A stretch of DNA of 64,000 nt. It comes from Blastocatellia bacterium. GTDB lineage: Bacteria > Acidobacteriota > Blastocatellia > UBA7656. Location: contig CAVXWP010000008.1 in NCBI GenBank assembly GCA_963765495.1, positions 672,001 to 736,000 on the forward strand, read 5' to 3'. Below, one piece after another: positions 46,766 through 56,503 of the stretch (the first letter of the stretch is position 1; each line of letters begins with the position of its first letter). The notes below the pieces were generated by a model, which made no database searches, had not been told where the DNA came from, and saw nothing but the letters and a program-made list of their open reading frames with translations. Made by a program: the position numbers and the translations under genes.

Positions 46766-46790
46766 AAGTGGGTTTGCGCCCACTTTTTTT
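46766..46790 (+). promoter_or_regulatory. rimP leader hairpin / attenuator
   Basis: AAGTGGG-tttgcg-CCCACTT followed by a T run, just upstream of the rimP ATG, as commonly seen in rimP-nusA-infB leaders. Confidence 0.65.
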
Positions 46791-46800
46791 CTTAGCGAGC

Positions 46801-47262
46801 ATGATTGATTTGGATCGAGAAGCAATTGGTAAATTGATTGAGCGTGTAACGGATCGCGAGGGACTCGAACTGGTTCACTGGGAAACGGTTGGTCCGCGCA
46901 ACAATTTTGTTTTGCGCATTTATATCGATAAACCGGGCGGCGTGAATCACGGAGATTGCGAAACGGTAAGCCATCAGGTAGGCACACTGCTCGACGTTGA
47001 AGACTTGATTCCGCACAGGTACCTGCTTGAAGTCTCTTCTCCGGGTATCGAGCGGGGCCTCTACAAACGCGCCGATTACGAGCGATTCGCCGGGAGCCGC
47101 ATCAGGCTCACAGCGGCCGAACCTATTGACGGTCAGCGAAAGTTTCGCGGGCTGCTCAAGGGAATAGACCAGGATTTGGTCACACTTGAACTTGAAGGCA
47201 CAAGATTAGTCGAAATACCTTACGAGAAGATCGTAAAGGCAAATATCGAATTTGAATTCTAG
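46801..47262 (+). CDS. rimP: Ribosome maturation factor RimP
   Basis: LRIYIDKPGGV...DC..VS, YLLEVSSPGIER; first gene of the nusA operon. Confidence 0.95.
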   Translation: MIDLDREAIGKLIERVTDREGLELVHWETVGPRNNFVLRIYIDKPGGVNHGDCETVSHQVGTLLDVEDLIPHRYLLEVSSPGIERGLYKRADYERFAGSRIRLTAAEPIDGQRKFRGLLKGIDQDLVTLELEGTRLVEIPYEKIVKANIEFEF

Positions 47263-47319
47263 TATGGATTTGAGATTTCAGATCTCAATTTTTGAGATTG
47301 ATTCGGAGCTAAAGAGCAT

Positions 47320-49227
47320 ATGTCCACGAGTCCGATTCCACAGACTATCGAGATTTTGAGTCGCGAGAAGAATATTGACCCAAACGTTATAATCTCGGCC
47401 ATCGAGGATGCGGTTGTTACTGCTGCTCGCAAGCAGTTCAAATCTACCGAAGACCTGAGAGCGCGCTATAACCCCGAAAACGGGGATGTAGAGCTATTCG
47501 CCCTGATGACGGTTGTGGATGAGGTCCAGGACCCCGCCCTTGAGATCAGTCTCGCAGATGTCGAAGAGATGGGTGTAGAGGGCGCAGAGGTAGGCGACCA
47601 GCTGGAATTCCCCAAGCCTCGCGAAGAACTGGGCCGCATCGCCGCTCAGACCGCAAAGCAGATAATATTTCAGAAGGTCCGCGAGGCCGAACGGAACAAT
47701 GTATACGACGAATATATCGGACGCCTCGGCGAACTTGTTCACGGATTTATAAAGCGGTTCGAGGGCGGACGCATCATCGTTGATCTCGGCAAAATCGAAG
47801 CGGTGCTGCCAAAGATGCAACAATCGCGCGCAGAAGGGTTCAGCCAGGGCGAACGGGTCCGCGTGGTTATAAACACGGTTTCAAAGGAGACAAAAGGCCC
47901 CCAGGTTGAGGTGTCGCGCACTTCCCCCGAATTGCTCAAACGGCTCTTCGAGATGGAAGTCCCGGAAATCTACGACGGCACGGTACAGATCAAGGCGGCG
48001 GTTCGTGAACCGGGCGACCGGGCGAAGATTGCCGTCATTTCTACCGAGCGCGATGTCGATCCCGTAGGCGCGTGCGTGGGAATGAAGGGCTCGCGCGTAC
48101 AGGCTATAATTCGCGAACTGCGCGGCGAGCGCATCGATATTATCGAATGGAGCGAAGACCCGGCCGTCTTTGCGGCAAACGCTCTTTCGCCCGCCAAGGT
48201 TTCAAAGGTAGAAATCAACAGCTTTGAAGAGAAGAAGCTGACCGTGACAGTACCCGAAGATCAGCTTTCGCTCGCGATAGGCAAGAAGGGGCAAAACGTA
48301 CGACTCGCGGCGAAACTGGTAGGCTGGCATATAGACATCCGCAGCGCCGAAGAAGCGGCACGCGCCGCCGCAGCGCAACTTGAAGCGGTGATGGCCGGTG
48401 GCGAAGCCACTCTGACCGACATCCGTGAGAGTCTCGCGCTCGATCAGATCACGGCGGAGCGGTTGAAAGATCGCGGCATCGAAACGATTGAACAGCTTTC
48501 AACCATAACGGTTGACGAACTCGTTGAAGCGATAGATGTCAGTTTCGATCAGGCAAACGAGATACTTGAAAGAGCGCAGCGAGTGCTTGCTCAAAAACAT
48601 ATGCGCGAGGTTCAGGCAGCGCGCGATGCAGAACAGACTCCCGCCGCCTCGCCCGAAGAAGAATCCGTCGAACAGTCTACCGACGAACAGGCTACCGAGG
48701 CCGGTGAGGTCGAAGAGGAAAAATATACGACTAACCCGCTTGAGATGCCCGAAGAGGCCGAGGGCGAAGACATTTCGGGCGATGACTCCTCTGAGCCGGA
48801 GCCGATGCGCGCCGATACCTCCGCTGTACCGGATTTTGATACGATGAGTCCAAGCGAGGCCCAGATTCAGGAGCTTGCGGCAGGGGAACCCACCGAGGAT
48901 ACCGAGGTGGTTGAGGAAGCGTTTGAGCCGATGCCAGTCAGCGGCCTTGAAGCACAGGCCCCCGGCGCGGAAGTCATTCCCGACCGCGACGCGTCAATAG
49001 ATGAAGTTGCCATCTCGTCAGGCGAAACGGAATCCGTCGAAGAAAATGGCGGTGAGATAAAAGAAGCACAGGAAAGCAACACGACAGAAAGCGAAGAAAG
49101 CCCGTCGGAGGCAGCCGAAGCTGAGACGGGGCAGGAAGAGACAGATCAGTTGCCGCCGGAAGTTTTTGGTGGTGTTGATTCGGAGTCAAAGGGAGAGGAA
49201 GAAGATGAAGGCAAGGAGCAGGAGTAA
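47320..49227 (+). CDS. nusA: Transcription termination/antitermination factor NusA with long acidic C-terminal tail
   Basis: GRIAAQTAKQ, VREPGDRAKIAV, DPVGACVGMKGSRV, AIGKKGQNVRLA. Confidence 0.97.
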   Translation: MSTSPIPQTIEILSREKNIDPNVIISAIEDAVVTAARKQFKSTEDLRARYNPENGDVELFALMTVVDEVQDPALEISLADVEEMGVEGAEVGDQLEFPKPREELGRIAAQTAKQIIFQKVREAERNNVYDEYIGRLGELVHGFIKRFEGGRIIVDLGKIEAVLPKMQQSRAEGFSQGERVRVVINTVSKETKGPQVEVSRTSPELLKRLFEMEVPEIYDGTVQIKAAVREPGDRAKIAVISTERDVDPVGACVGMKGSRVQAIIRELRGERIDIIEWSEDPAVFAANALSPAKVSKVEINSFEEKKLTVTVPEDQLSLAIGKKGQNVRLAAKLVGWHIDIRSAEEAARAAAAQLEAVMAGGEATLTDIRESLALDQITAERLKDRGIETIEQLSTITVDELVEAIDVSFDQANEILERAQRVLAQKHMREVQAARDAEQTPAASPEEESVEQSTDEQATEAGEVEEEKYTTNPLEMPEEAEGEDISGDDSSEPEPMRADTSAVPDFDTMSPSEAQIQELAAGEPTEDTEVVEEAFEPMPVSGLEAQAPGAEVIPDRDASIDEVAISSGETESVEENGGEIKEAQESNTTESEESPSEAAEAETGQEETDQLPPEVFGGVDSESKGEEEDEGKEQE

Positions 49228-49320
49228 GTGATTCGCGATATGTGATGCGTGATTAAGAGATAAGCTTTTGCAGATTAACGGCTAATTCCTCTCACTCACG
49301 CATCAGTCTTCACGAATCAA
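49228..49320. repeat. Inverted heptamer-array element (same unit family as 39734-39830)
   Basis: gtgattc gcgatat gtgatgc gtgatta ... cactcac gcatcag tcttcac gaatcaa. Confidence 0.65.
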
Positions 49321-49350
49321 TAAGGTCTGCTTCGGGCATTCGGATTAAAT

Positions 49351-52032
49351 ATGGTGACAGGGCAAAAAATTAGGATTTACGATCTGGCGAAGGAATTAAA
49401 GCTCGAAAACAAGCGCGTCATCGACGATGCACGGCGCGAGGGTATAGATGTGAGTGTGCCTTCAAACACGATTCCCTTAGAAGTAGCCGAGCGAATTCGC
49501 ACAAAGTACTTTCCCAAAAAGGCCGCGCCTTCCGCAGGCCCGCGCCTGGTCAAGGTTGTAAAGCGACCAAAACAGGATCAGGCCGCAACCGACGATGGCC
49601 ACTCGGAAGAGAGCCAGGAAGAGATAGCACCGGCTCCTGTCGTGAGGCCCAAAGAGAGTGCGCCGAAAGTGGAGCCCGAACCGGCAAGACCCGAAATCGC
49701 CAAACCGAAGGTCATCAAATTGAAGGCTGCTCCCGCGCCTCCGGTTGCTGCTGCCGAGGCAACAGCGCCTGCCGAAGAACCCGAAGCCGATGAAACACCT
49801 GTCGAACCGATCCAAACAGAAATGAATATACCACCCACTGAACCCGTGGCCGAGAAACAACCGGCCGCACTTCCGAAACCCGCGCCCGTTGTGCCGGACC
49901 AGCAGAGGTCGCGCACACAGGTGCGTGTATTGCGCCCGCAACCAGGCGTCACAATGCCGCCGCCGCCTTCCAGAGTCAGCGCTTCTTCACCGGGGAGAGC
50001 CGGGCTACGCCCTGCGGCTTCGACGGGGGCTGTCTCCCCTGACGGAGAAACCCCAAAACAGGCTCCGAGAACTACTTATATCCCACAGGACACGGGGCGA
50101 GGACGAAAGGGCAGGCGCAGAGGCAAGCGTCATCAACCCGAGGTCGGGCGTGAAGAAGGCAAACAACTGGAAGTTCCGCGTCATATGCGCGGTCCGGGAA
50201 CCGTAGTGCATCCAAAACAGAAGCCGGTTTTCTCTGAGCTTAAACCGATAAAGCTTATCGAAGGAACTACTCTAAAAGAGTTCTCCGAAAAGCTTGATGT
50301 AAAACCAAAGGATGTAGTGCAGGAATTACTGCGCAGGGGCGTTATGGCGACCATCAATCAAACTCTCAATGTAGAGATAGCCCAGGAAGTGGGCAAGGAG
50401 TTTGGGTTTGATGTCAGCTTCGCCCCCTTTGAAGAGATGATCAGCCTCGCCGAAGAGGAAAAGATGATCGAATCGGGCGAGGAAGAAGTCATGCCTCGCG
50501 CCCCTGTCGTCACCGTTATGGGGCACGTAGATCACGGCAAGACATCACTGCTCGATGCCATTCGATTTACTCACGTGGCCGAAGGCGAGGCCGGTGGAAT
50601 CACTCAACACATTGGCGCATATTCGGTAGACGTGCCGGACCCGGATGATCCTGAACAGAAACGCAATATAGTCTTTCTCGACACACCCGGTCACGAAGCC
50701 TTTACGATGATGCGTGCCAGAGGCGCTCGCGTCACAGATGTCGTCGTGCTGGTCGTCGCCGCAGATGACGGGGTTATGCCGCAAACTATCGAGGCAATAG
50801 ATCACGCGCAAGCGGCGGAAGTGCCTATTATTGTAGCCATAAACAAGATTGACAAACCCGACGCAAACCCCGACCGCGTGAAACAGGAACTTGCTGATCG
50901 CGGCTTGCTCTGGGACGGATGGGGTGGCCAGACCGTGATGGTAGAAGTTTCTGCCAAGCAAAAACATAACCTCGACGGTCTGCTGGAGATGATCATCCTG
51001 ACAAGCGATCTGCTGGAGTTGAAAGCCAACCCCGACCGCATCGCATCAGGCGTAGTCATAGAGGCGAAGCTTGATCGCGGACGAGGCTCTGTGGCCTCTG
51101 TTCTCGTTCAACAGGGTTCGCTCCGAATCGGAGACCCGTTTATCGTTGGCCAGGTATTTGGTCGCGTACGCGCAATGTTTGATGACCTTGGCCATAACGT
51201 TGAGGAAGTCGGTCCCTCGACCCCGGTCGAAGTCCTCGGATTACAGGGCGTTCCGCAGGCGGGCGATCAGTTTCAAGTGGTGAAAGACCCGACACAGGCT
51301 CAACATATCGCAAGCCAGCGCCAGATGGCTGCACGTCAGGCAGCTATCGCGCGCACAGCGGCTCGCGGGCTTGAGCAGCTCTTCAGCGACCAGAAACAGG
51401 TCAAGGAACTGCTCGTTATCCTAAAGGGGGACGTGCAGGGGTCGGTCGAAGCCGTCCGCGATGCGCTTAATAAGCTCTCAACCGAGCGCGTAAAGATTCG
51501 TATCATTCGTTCCGGCGTAGGCGCTATCACGGAATCCGACGTTATGCTGGCCGCGGCATCCTCAAAGGACATGAATCGCGCCTCGGTAATTATCGGGTTT
51601 AACGTGAGACCCGAATCGCGTGCGCGAGAGATTGCCGAAATCGAAGGGGTGGATATCCGTCTGCATACGATTATTTACAAAGTCGAAGAAGAGATCCGCA
51701 ACGCTATGCTCGGACTGCTTGAAGCCACCAAACGCGAGGTCATACTCGGCCACGCCGAAGTGCGACAGGTCTTCCGCGTTCCTCGTATAGGGCAGGTTGC
51801 GGGTTCGTATGTGACAGACGGCACGGTCAAACGTACAACGGCCCGCATCCTCCGCGACAACGTAGTGATACACGAAGGGCGTATTGATTCGCTCAGACGC
51901 ATCAAGGAAGATGTCGGCGAAGTCAAGCAGGGGTTTGAGTGTGGAATACTTCTGGAGCGATTCCAGGATGTGAAGGTTGGGGACGTAATCGAGGCGTATA
52001 CGACTGAAGAGGTGGCCCCTACTCAGTTATAG
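49351..52032 (+). CDS. infB: Translation initiation factor IF-2
   Basis: MGHVDHGKT, GGITQHIGAY, DTPGH, NKID, GFECG. Confidence 0.98.
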   Translation: MVTGQKIRIYDLAKELKLENKRVIDDARREGIDVSVPSNTIPLEVAERIRTKYFPKKAAPSAGPRLVKVVKRPKQDQAATDDGHSEESQEEIAPAPVVRPKESAPKVEPEPARPEIAKPKVIKLKAAPAPPVAAAEATAPAEEPEADETPVEPIQTEMNIPPTEPVAEKQPAALPKPAPVVPDQQRSRTQVRVLRPQPGVTMPPPPSRVSASSPGRAGLRPAASTGAVSPDGETPKQAPRTTYIPQDTGRGRKGRRRGKRHQPEVGREEGKQLEVPRHMRGPGTVVHPKQKPVFSELKPIKLIEGTTLKEFSEKLDVKPKDVVQELLRRGVMATINQTLNVEIAQEVGKEFGFDVSFAPFEEMISLAEEEKMIESGEEEVMPRAPVVTVMGHVDHGKTSLLDAIRFTHVAEGEAGGITQHIGAYSVDVPDPDDPEQKRNIVFLDTPGHEAFTMMRARGARVTDVVVLVVAADDGVMPQTIEAIDHAQAAEVPIIVAINKIDKPDANPDRVKQELADRGLLWDGWGGQTVMVEVSAKQKHNLDGLLEMIILTSDLLELKANPDRIASGVVIEAKLDRGRGSVASVLVQQGSLRIGDPFIVGQVFGRVRAMFDDLGHNVEEVGPSTPVEVLGLQGVPQAGDQFQVVKDPTQAQHIASQRQMAARQAAIARTAARGLEQLFSDQKQVKELLVILKGDVQGSVEAVRDALNKLSTERVKIRIIRSGVGAITESDVMLAAASSKDMNRASVIIGFNVRPESRAREIAEIEGVDIRLHTIIYKVEEEIRNAMLGLLEATKREVILGHAEVRQVFRVPRIGQVAGSYVTDGTVKRTTARILRDNVVIHEGRIDSLRRIKEDVGEVKQGFECGILLERFQDVKVGDVIEAYTTEEVAPTQL

Positions 52033-52158
52033 GCGTTCCGATTCAGAATTCGAGTCGCCCTAAATGTCTTGTCCCTGTGAGCAAGGTCTGAAAGTTGCAA
52101 ATTTGGGTAAAGCGGGCTAATATCAAGGGTTCAAATAAGACCGGAACAGGCAACTGAA

Positions 52159-52566
52159 TTGAGCATACAGGGAAGAAGACCAGAACGAATAGCCGAACAG
52201 ATCAGGGAAGAGGTCACAATGATTATCGACGGCGACCTTGAAGACCCCAGAGTAGGTTCGGTAACGGTAACTGAGGTAAAGGTATCTCAAGACCTTCGCA
52301 ACGCGAAAATATATGTGAGCATCCTCGGCACAAAAGAGGAGGCCGCCGAATCGCTTGAGGCGCTCAAACACGCGGCGGGTTTCATAAGGCGAATGCTGGG
52401 CGCGGTAATGAGGATAAAGTATACGCCGGAACTGCAATTCGTATACGACGATACGGACGAAAAAGCGACACGGATCGAGGAATTATTAAAGGAGGAGGTT
52501 GTAAAGGCGCAGGAACGCGAGCGTAATGAGGAACAGGATCAGGAACCGCTCGAACCGGGTACCTGA
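52159..52566 (+). CDS. rbfA: Ribosome-binding factor A
   Basis: RPERIAEQIREE, DPR, VTEVKVSQDLRNAKIY, TPELQFVYD; TTG start. Confidence 0.95.
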   Translation: MSIQGRRPERIAEQIREEVTMIIDGDLEDPRVGSVTVTEVKVSQDLRNAKIYVSILGTKEEAAESLEALKHAAGFIRRMLGAVMRIKYTPELQFVYDDTDEKATRIEELLKEEVVKAQERERNEEQDQEPLEPGT

Positions 52567-52651
52567 TTAAGCTCTACCATCAAACACAAGGTAGAATAAA
52601 CTTCCTAAGAGAACACATAACGCGCTCGAATCTTCGCCGGTGGGTAAGACT

Positions 52652-53617
52652 ATGCTCAGTGAAGTAGTTCAGCTTATCGAACGGAAGCAGTATTTCATGA
52701 TCACTTCTCATATCCGGCCCGATGGTGACGGTCTTGGAAGCGGACTTGCCCTTTACTGGATGCTCAAAAGCCTGGGCAAGCACGCCGATGTAGTATTGAG
52801 CGACCGCGTACCGCCCGCATACATGATCTTACCGGGAGCGGATCGCGTTATCGTACAACCGGATGTGACCGAAAAATATGACGCGGCCTTTATTATCGAA
52901 TGCAGTGACGTGAATCGCCCCGGCCTTCCCGGTCTAAACAATCAATTCGTCGTAAACATAGATCATCACTCCACAACCGAGGCATTCGGCGACATCAACT
53001 GGATTGACTCCACGGCGGCAGCCGTCGGGGAGATGATCTATAACCTTTGCAAAGCGCTCGGGGTAGAGGTAACAAAAGAGATAGCCGATTGCATCTACAC
53101 GGCGTTGCTTACGGATACGGGCAGCTTTCATTTTTCAAACACTACAGAAAGAACCTTAAAAATTGCCTCGGAACTGGTGCGGCGCGGAGTTGAGCCCGCG
53201 AAGATTTCCGAGGCGTTGTTCTATTCAAATCCGTTCTCAAAAATACTTCTGCTGGGGCTTGTGCTTTCGACCATCGAGCGTGACGAATCGGGGAGGATCG
53301 CGTGGGTCACGCTCGACCGTGAATTGATGTATGCGGCCGACGCCGCCGAAGAAGACGCCGACGGAATAGTCAATCACGCTCTCTCGGTTGGCGAAGTCGA
53401 AGCTGTAGCCTTCTTTAAGGAGCTTTCACCCGGCATCTACAGAATAAGTCTGAGGTCAAAAGGCAAAAACAACGTGGCAAAGGTGGCAGAGACTTTTGGC
53501 GGGGGGGGGCATAGAAATGCCGCTGGATGTCGTATCGAGGGCAGCCTTGAAGATGTTAAACGCCGTGTGATCGAAGGATTACAGGCCGCGATAGGAGTCG
53601 CGCCCGTCTCCGCCTGA
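52652..53617 (+). CDS. nrnA: DHH family phosphoesterase (NrnA-like oligoribonuclease/PAP phosphatase)
   Basis: SHIRPDGD, NIDHH, TDTGSF, SLRSK, GGGGHRNAAG. Confidence 0.9.
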   Translation: MLSEVVQLIERKQYFMITSHIRPDGDGLGSGLALYWMLKSLGKHADVVLSDRVPPAYMILPGADRVIVQPDVTEKYDAAFIIECSDVNRPGLPGLNNQFVVNIDHHSTTEAFGDINWIDSTAAAVGEMIYNLCKALGVEVTKEIADCIYTALLTDTGSFHFSNTTERTLKIASELVRRGVEPAKISEALFYSNPFSKILLLGLVLSTIERDESGRIAWVTLDRELMYAADAAEEDADGIVNHALSVGEVEAVAFFKELSPGIYRISLRSKGKNNVAKVAETFGGGGHRNAAGCRIEGSLEDVKRRVIEGLQAAIGVAPVSA

Positions 53618-53669
53618 GAGGGTGTGAAATTATCTTTTCAATGAATACCTGCCCGGCCCTTTGGTGAAT

Positions 53670-56123
53670 CTATTGGGTGAGAGCCTCCCATTTGACTCTC
53701 AACTCTTCCATGACTTCAATGAAACGTGGCTCTTCACGCAGGGGCCCCCAGTTTGGGTTGGCCATGAACCAGGGATAATTCTCGTTACCCATCGAGATGG
53801 CCCGCTTGATCCATTCAATCGCTTCATCTGTCATAGCGTCCAGTGCATAAAGCGATGCCAGCCAGTAAGCGATATCCTGATCTGCCAGCGCGCTTGCGAT
53901 CACGCGCTTCCCTATCAGCCCGAAAGCCCTCTCGCGCTCGCCGCGAGACAGATAACAATACGCAAGCAGGACGTTGTGAGCGTGTATATCCGGGTTTTTC
54001 TGCACGACATCTTCGAGCACCATCGTGGCTTTTTCGATCTCGCCTCTGTAATAATCGAGGACTCCGCTACGAGACCGTAACCCCGGGTGATTTGGCTCAA
54101 ACATAAGCCCCATTGCTATCTCGGCTTCTGCCTTCTCGTAATCCTGCTGGTAAATAAAGATTCGAGTCCGATTGAAACTGGCATAGACGACTTCGGTAGG
54201 GTTGATCGAAAGAAAACGGTCCCATTCACGGAGCGCGCGTACATACTGTCCTGAGAGACGATAAACATAGGCCGCCGTCGAGTGCACCGAGGGCTCGTTG
54301 GGAGCCCTCCGCAGCAGTCTGCGAATATCTTTCCGTGCCTTCTCGGACTGCCCGTTTATAAGGTCGATGTATACAAGCCTGACGCGCGGCTCGACGAGTT
54401 TCGGATCGATTGTCAGCGCCGTATCAAATGCCTCTTTTGCCTTTTGATCATACTCGACCCCCCCGATGCCTTTCAGTACATAGTTGAGAAAGCAAAGCCC
54501 CAATCCGCTATATGCAAGCGCAAAATCCTGATCGAGTTCTATCGCCTTCTTGAACAGGGTGACTGCCATCTTCAAATCAACTACATCGAGCGTCTGGGTA
54601 AGGAACTTGTACAGGATGGTTCGCCCTCGCAGGTAGTGCTCATAGGCTTCGGCGTTTTGCGTAGGCGATTTGATCAAACGTTCCTGCTCGGTCGAAGAGG
54701 TTCGGACCCTAAGTCCTTCGACAATCTGTCGAGTGATTTTGTCCTGGACGCTGATTATATCCCTGGCATCAACATCTATCTTTTCGCTCCAAAGGATTTC
54801 ACCCGATATCACATCAAGCAGTTGCGGAGTGACGCGGAAACGGTCGCCTGCTTTTATATAACCGCCTACGAGCACTGAATCCACGGCAAGCTGGTTTCCT
54901 ACATCTCGCGGGTCTACGTCCTTATTCTGGTACTGGATAATGTAGGAAGAAGGACGGACAATCAAATCGCGCAACTGGGCAAGTTCGGTAATCACGCTGT
55001 CGGCCAGACTGAAACTGTAAAAATCGTTTTCGGGATTGCCGGAAAGGTTTTTGAAAGGGAGGATCGCAATGGCCTTCTTATCACGCGATTGCCACAGTGA
55101 AGGCGTTATGTCGGGCGTCGCCGACGGGGTGCCGCTCGAATCTTCTTTGGCAAGAGAGCCGGTGTTAAAGGTGCGCTGAACCCAGTGAGTCATCTTGTCG
55201 AGAAACCCTTTTGGTTTCGGAGGCATCCGCGAAGCATGGAGGCTTGCGGCCTTGTCGGTCGGGATGACGCCTTTTTCGTTATAGTGCGTGCGGACCATTG
55301 CGCGCAAATCTTCCAGCATCTGGTCGGCGGTTTGATACCTGGCAGACGGGTTCTTGCCCATCGCCTTCAAAACGATCTGCTGGAATTTCACGGGCACATC
55401 TTCATTGAATGGAGGCGGGTCGTCGTGCACAACGGCGTGCATCACGTCTACGGACGACTTGGCCTTGAACGGAAGCCGCCCGTTTACCATCTCGTACATC
55501 ACCACGCCAAGCGAAAAAATGTCGGAACGGGAATCGGCGCGCTCCCCTTTGGCCTGTTCCGGCGACATGTAGCTTGCCGTGCCAAAGGGTGAGCCTACCT
55601 GTGTCAACTCGACAGATCCGCCCGCTTCCCCGCCCGCTCGCTGATCGGTCGTTTTCATCAGCTTGGCCAGCCCGAAATCGAGTATCTTCACCTGATTCCG
55701 CTCATTGAGCATGATATTTGAGGATTTGATATCGCGATGGATCACGTTGCGGTGATGGGCTTCTGCAAGGGCGTCGGCGAGTTGTAAAGAGAATTCCAGG
55801 GCCTGATCAATCGGGAGAGGTCGCCCCCCGATGTACTTCTTCAATGTCTTCCCGTCGACATACTGCATGACAAAGAAGAGCAGGTCTTCGACTTCGTTGA
55901 TCTCATATACAGCGCAGATATTCGGGTGGTCTATGGCTGAGGCGGCGCGAGCTTCTCTAAGAAACCGGGCTCGCGCCTTATCGTCGCCAACAAGATCGGC
56001 GGCAAGCACCTTGACGGCCACACTTCTATGCAGCTTCGTATCTTCGGCCTTGTATACTATCCCCATCCCGCCTTTGCCAATCTCTTTGAGAATGCGGTAA
56101 TGAAGTATAGTTTTTCCAACCAT
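53670..56123 (-). CDS. Ser/Thr protein kinase with TolB-N-like and TPR domains
   Basis: GKGGMGIVY, VAVK, HRDIKSSN, DFG, YMSPEQ; AIAILPFKNLS; TPR repeats. Confidence 0.93.
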   Translation of the reverse strand: MVGKTILHYRILKEIGKGGMGIVYKAEDTKLHRSVAVKVLAADLVGDDKARARFLREARAASAIDHPNICAVYEINEVEDLLFFVMQYVDGKTLKKYIGGRPLPIDQALEFSLQLADALAEAHHRNVIHRDIKSSNIMLNERNQVKILDFGLAKLMKTTDQRAGGEAGGSVELTQVGSPFGTASYMSPEQAKGERADSRSDIFSLGVVMYEMVNGRLPFKAKSSVDVMHAVVHDDPPPFNEDVPVKFQQIVLKAMGKNPSARYQTADQMLEDLRAMVRTHYNEKGVIPTDKAASLHASRMPPKPKGFLDKMTHWVQRTFNTGSLAKEDSSGTPSATPDITPSLWQSRDKKAIAILPFKNLSGNPENDFYSFSLADSVITELAQLRDLIVRPSSYIIQYQNKDVDPRDVGNQLAVDSVLVGGYIKAGDRFRVTPQLLDVISGEILWSEKIDVDARDIISVQDKITRQIVEGLRVRTSSTEQERLIKSPTQNAEAYEHYLRGRTILYKFLTQTLDVVDLKMAVTLFKKAIELDQDFALAYSGLGLCFLNYVLKGIGGVEYDQKAKEAFDTALTIDPKLVEPRVRLVYIDLINGQSEKARKDIRRLLRRAPNEPSVHSTAAYVYRLSGQYVRALREWDRFLSINPTEVVYASFNRTRIFIYQQDYEKAEAEIAMGLMFEPNHPGLRSRSGVLDYYRGEIEKATMVLEDVVQKNPDIHAHNVLLAYCYLSRGERERAFGLIGKRVIASALADQDIAYWLASLYALDAMTDEAIEWIKRAISMGNENYPWFMANPNWGPLREEPRFIEVMEELRVKWEALTQ

Positions 56124-56503
56124 GTGTTTGAACCTGAGCGCAGTTTGGGCGCAGAAGCCGATTCCAATTCACAAAGTCAAACAACCGCCCGGGAATCGTA
56201 TTCCTCATCGTTATTATACACAGCCCCGTAGCGGTCGGAAAGCCGAAGCATTATCTCGGCCGGAGCCATTCAGTTCTTGAGTTGAGGGTAATTAGGCGGA
56301 AAAAATATTAAAGGTTGATTTGACGCAATGGCGAGTTGATTCCCTTTATCCCTTTCTACATATTGGAAAACTGAATGACCCTGAATCTCGGCAGGGACAA
56401 TTTGAGAATTAGATGACCCTGATCTTGTAGGTTCTGTTGCTGGTCAGTTACAATAATATCTTTGCTTAATATACAAATTCGCTACCATGATACCCAGGGA
56501 AAG

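Noticed and set aside
49500-50200. Pro/Ala/Glu-rich low-complexity N-terminal region of IF-2
   Set aside because: Variable low-complexity N-termini are normal for IF-2
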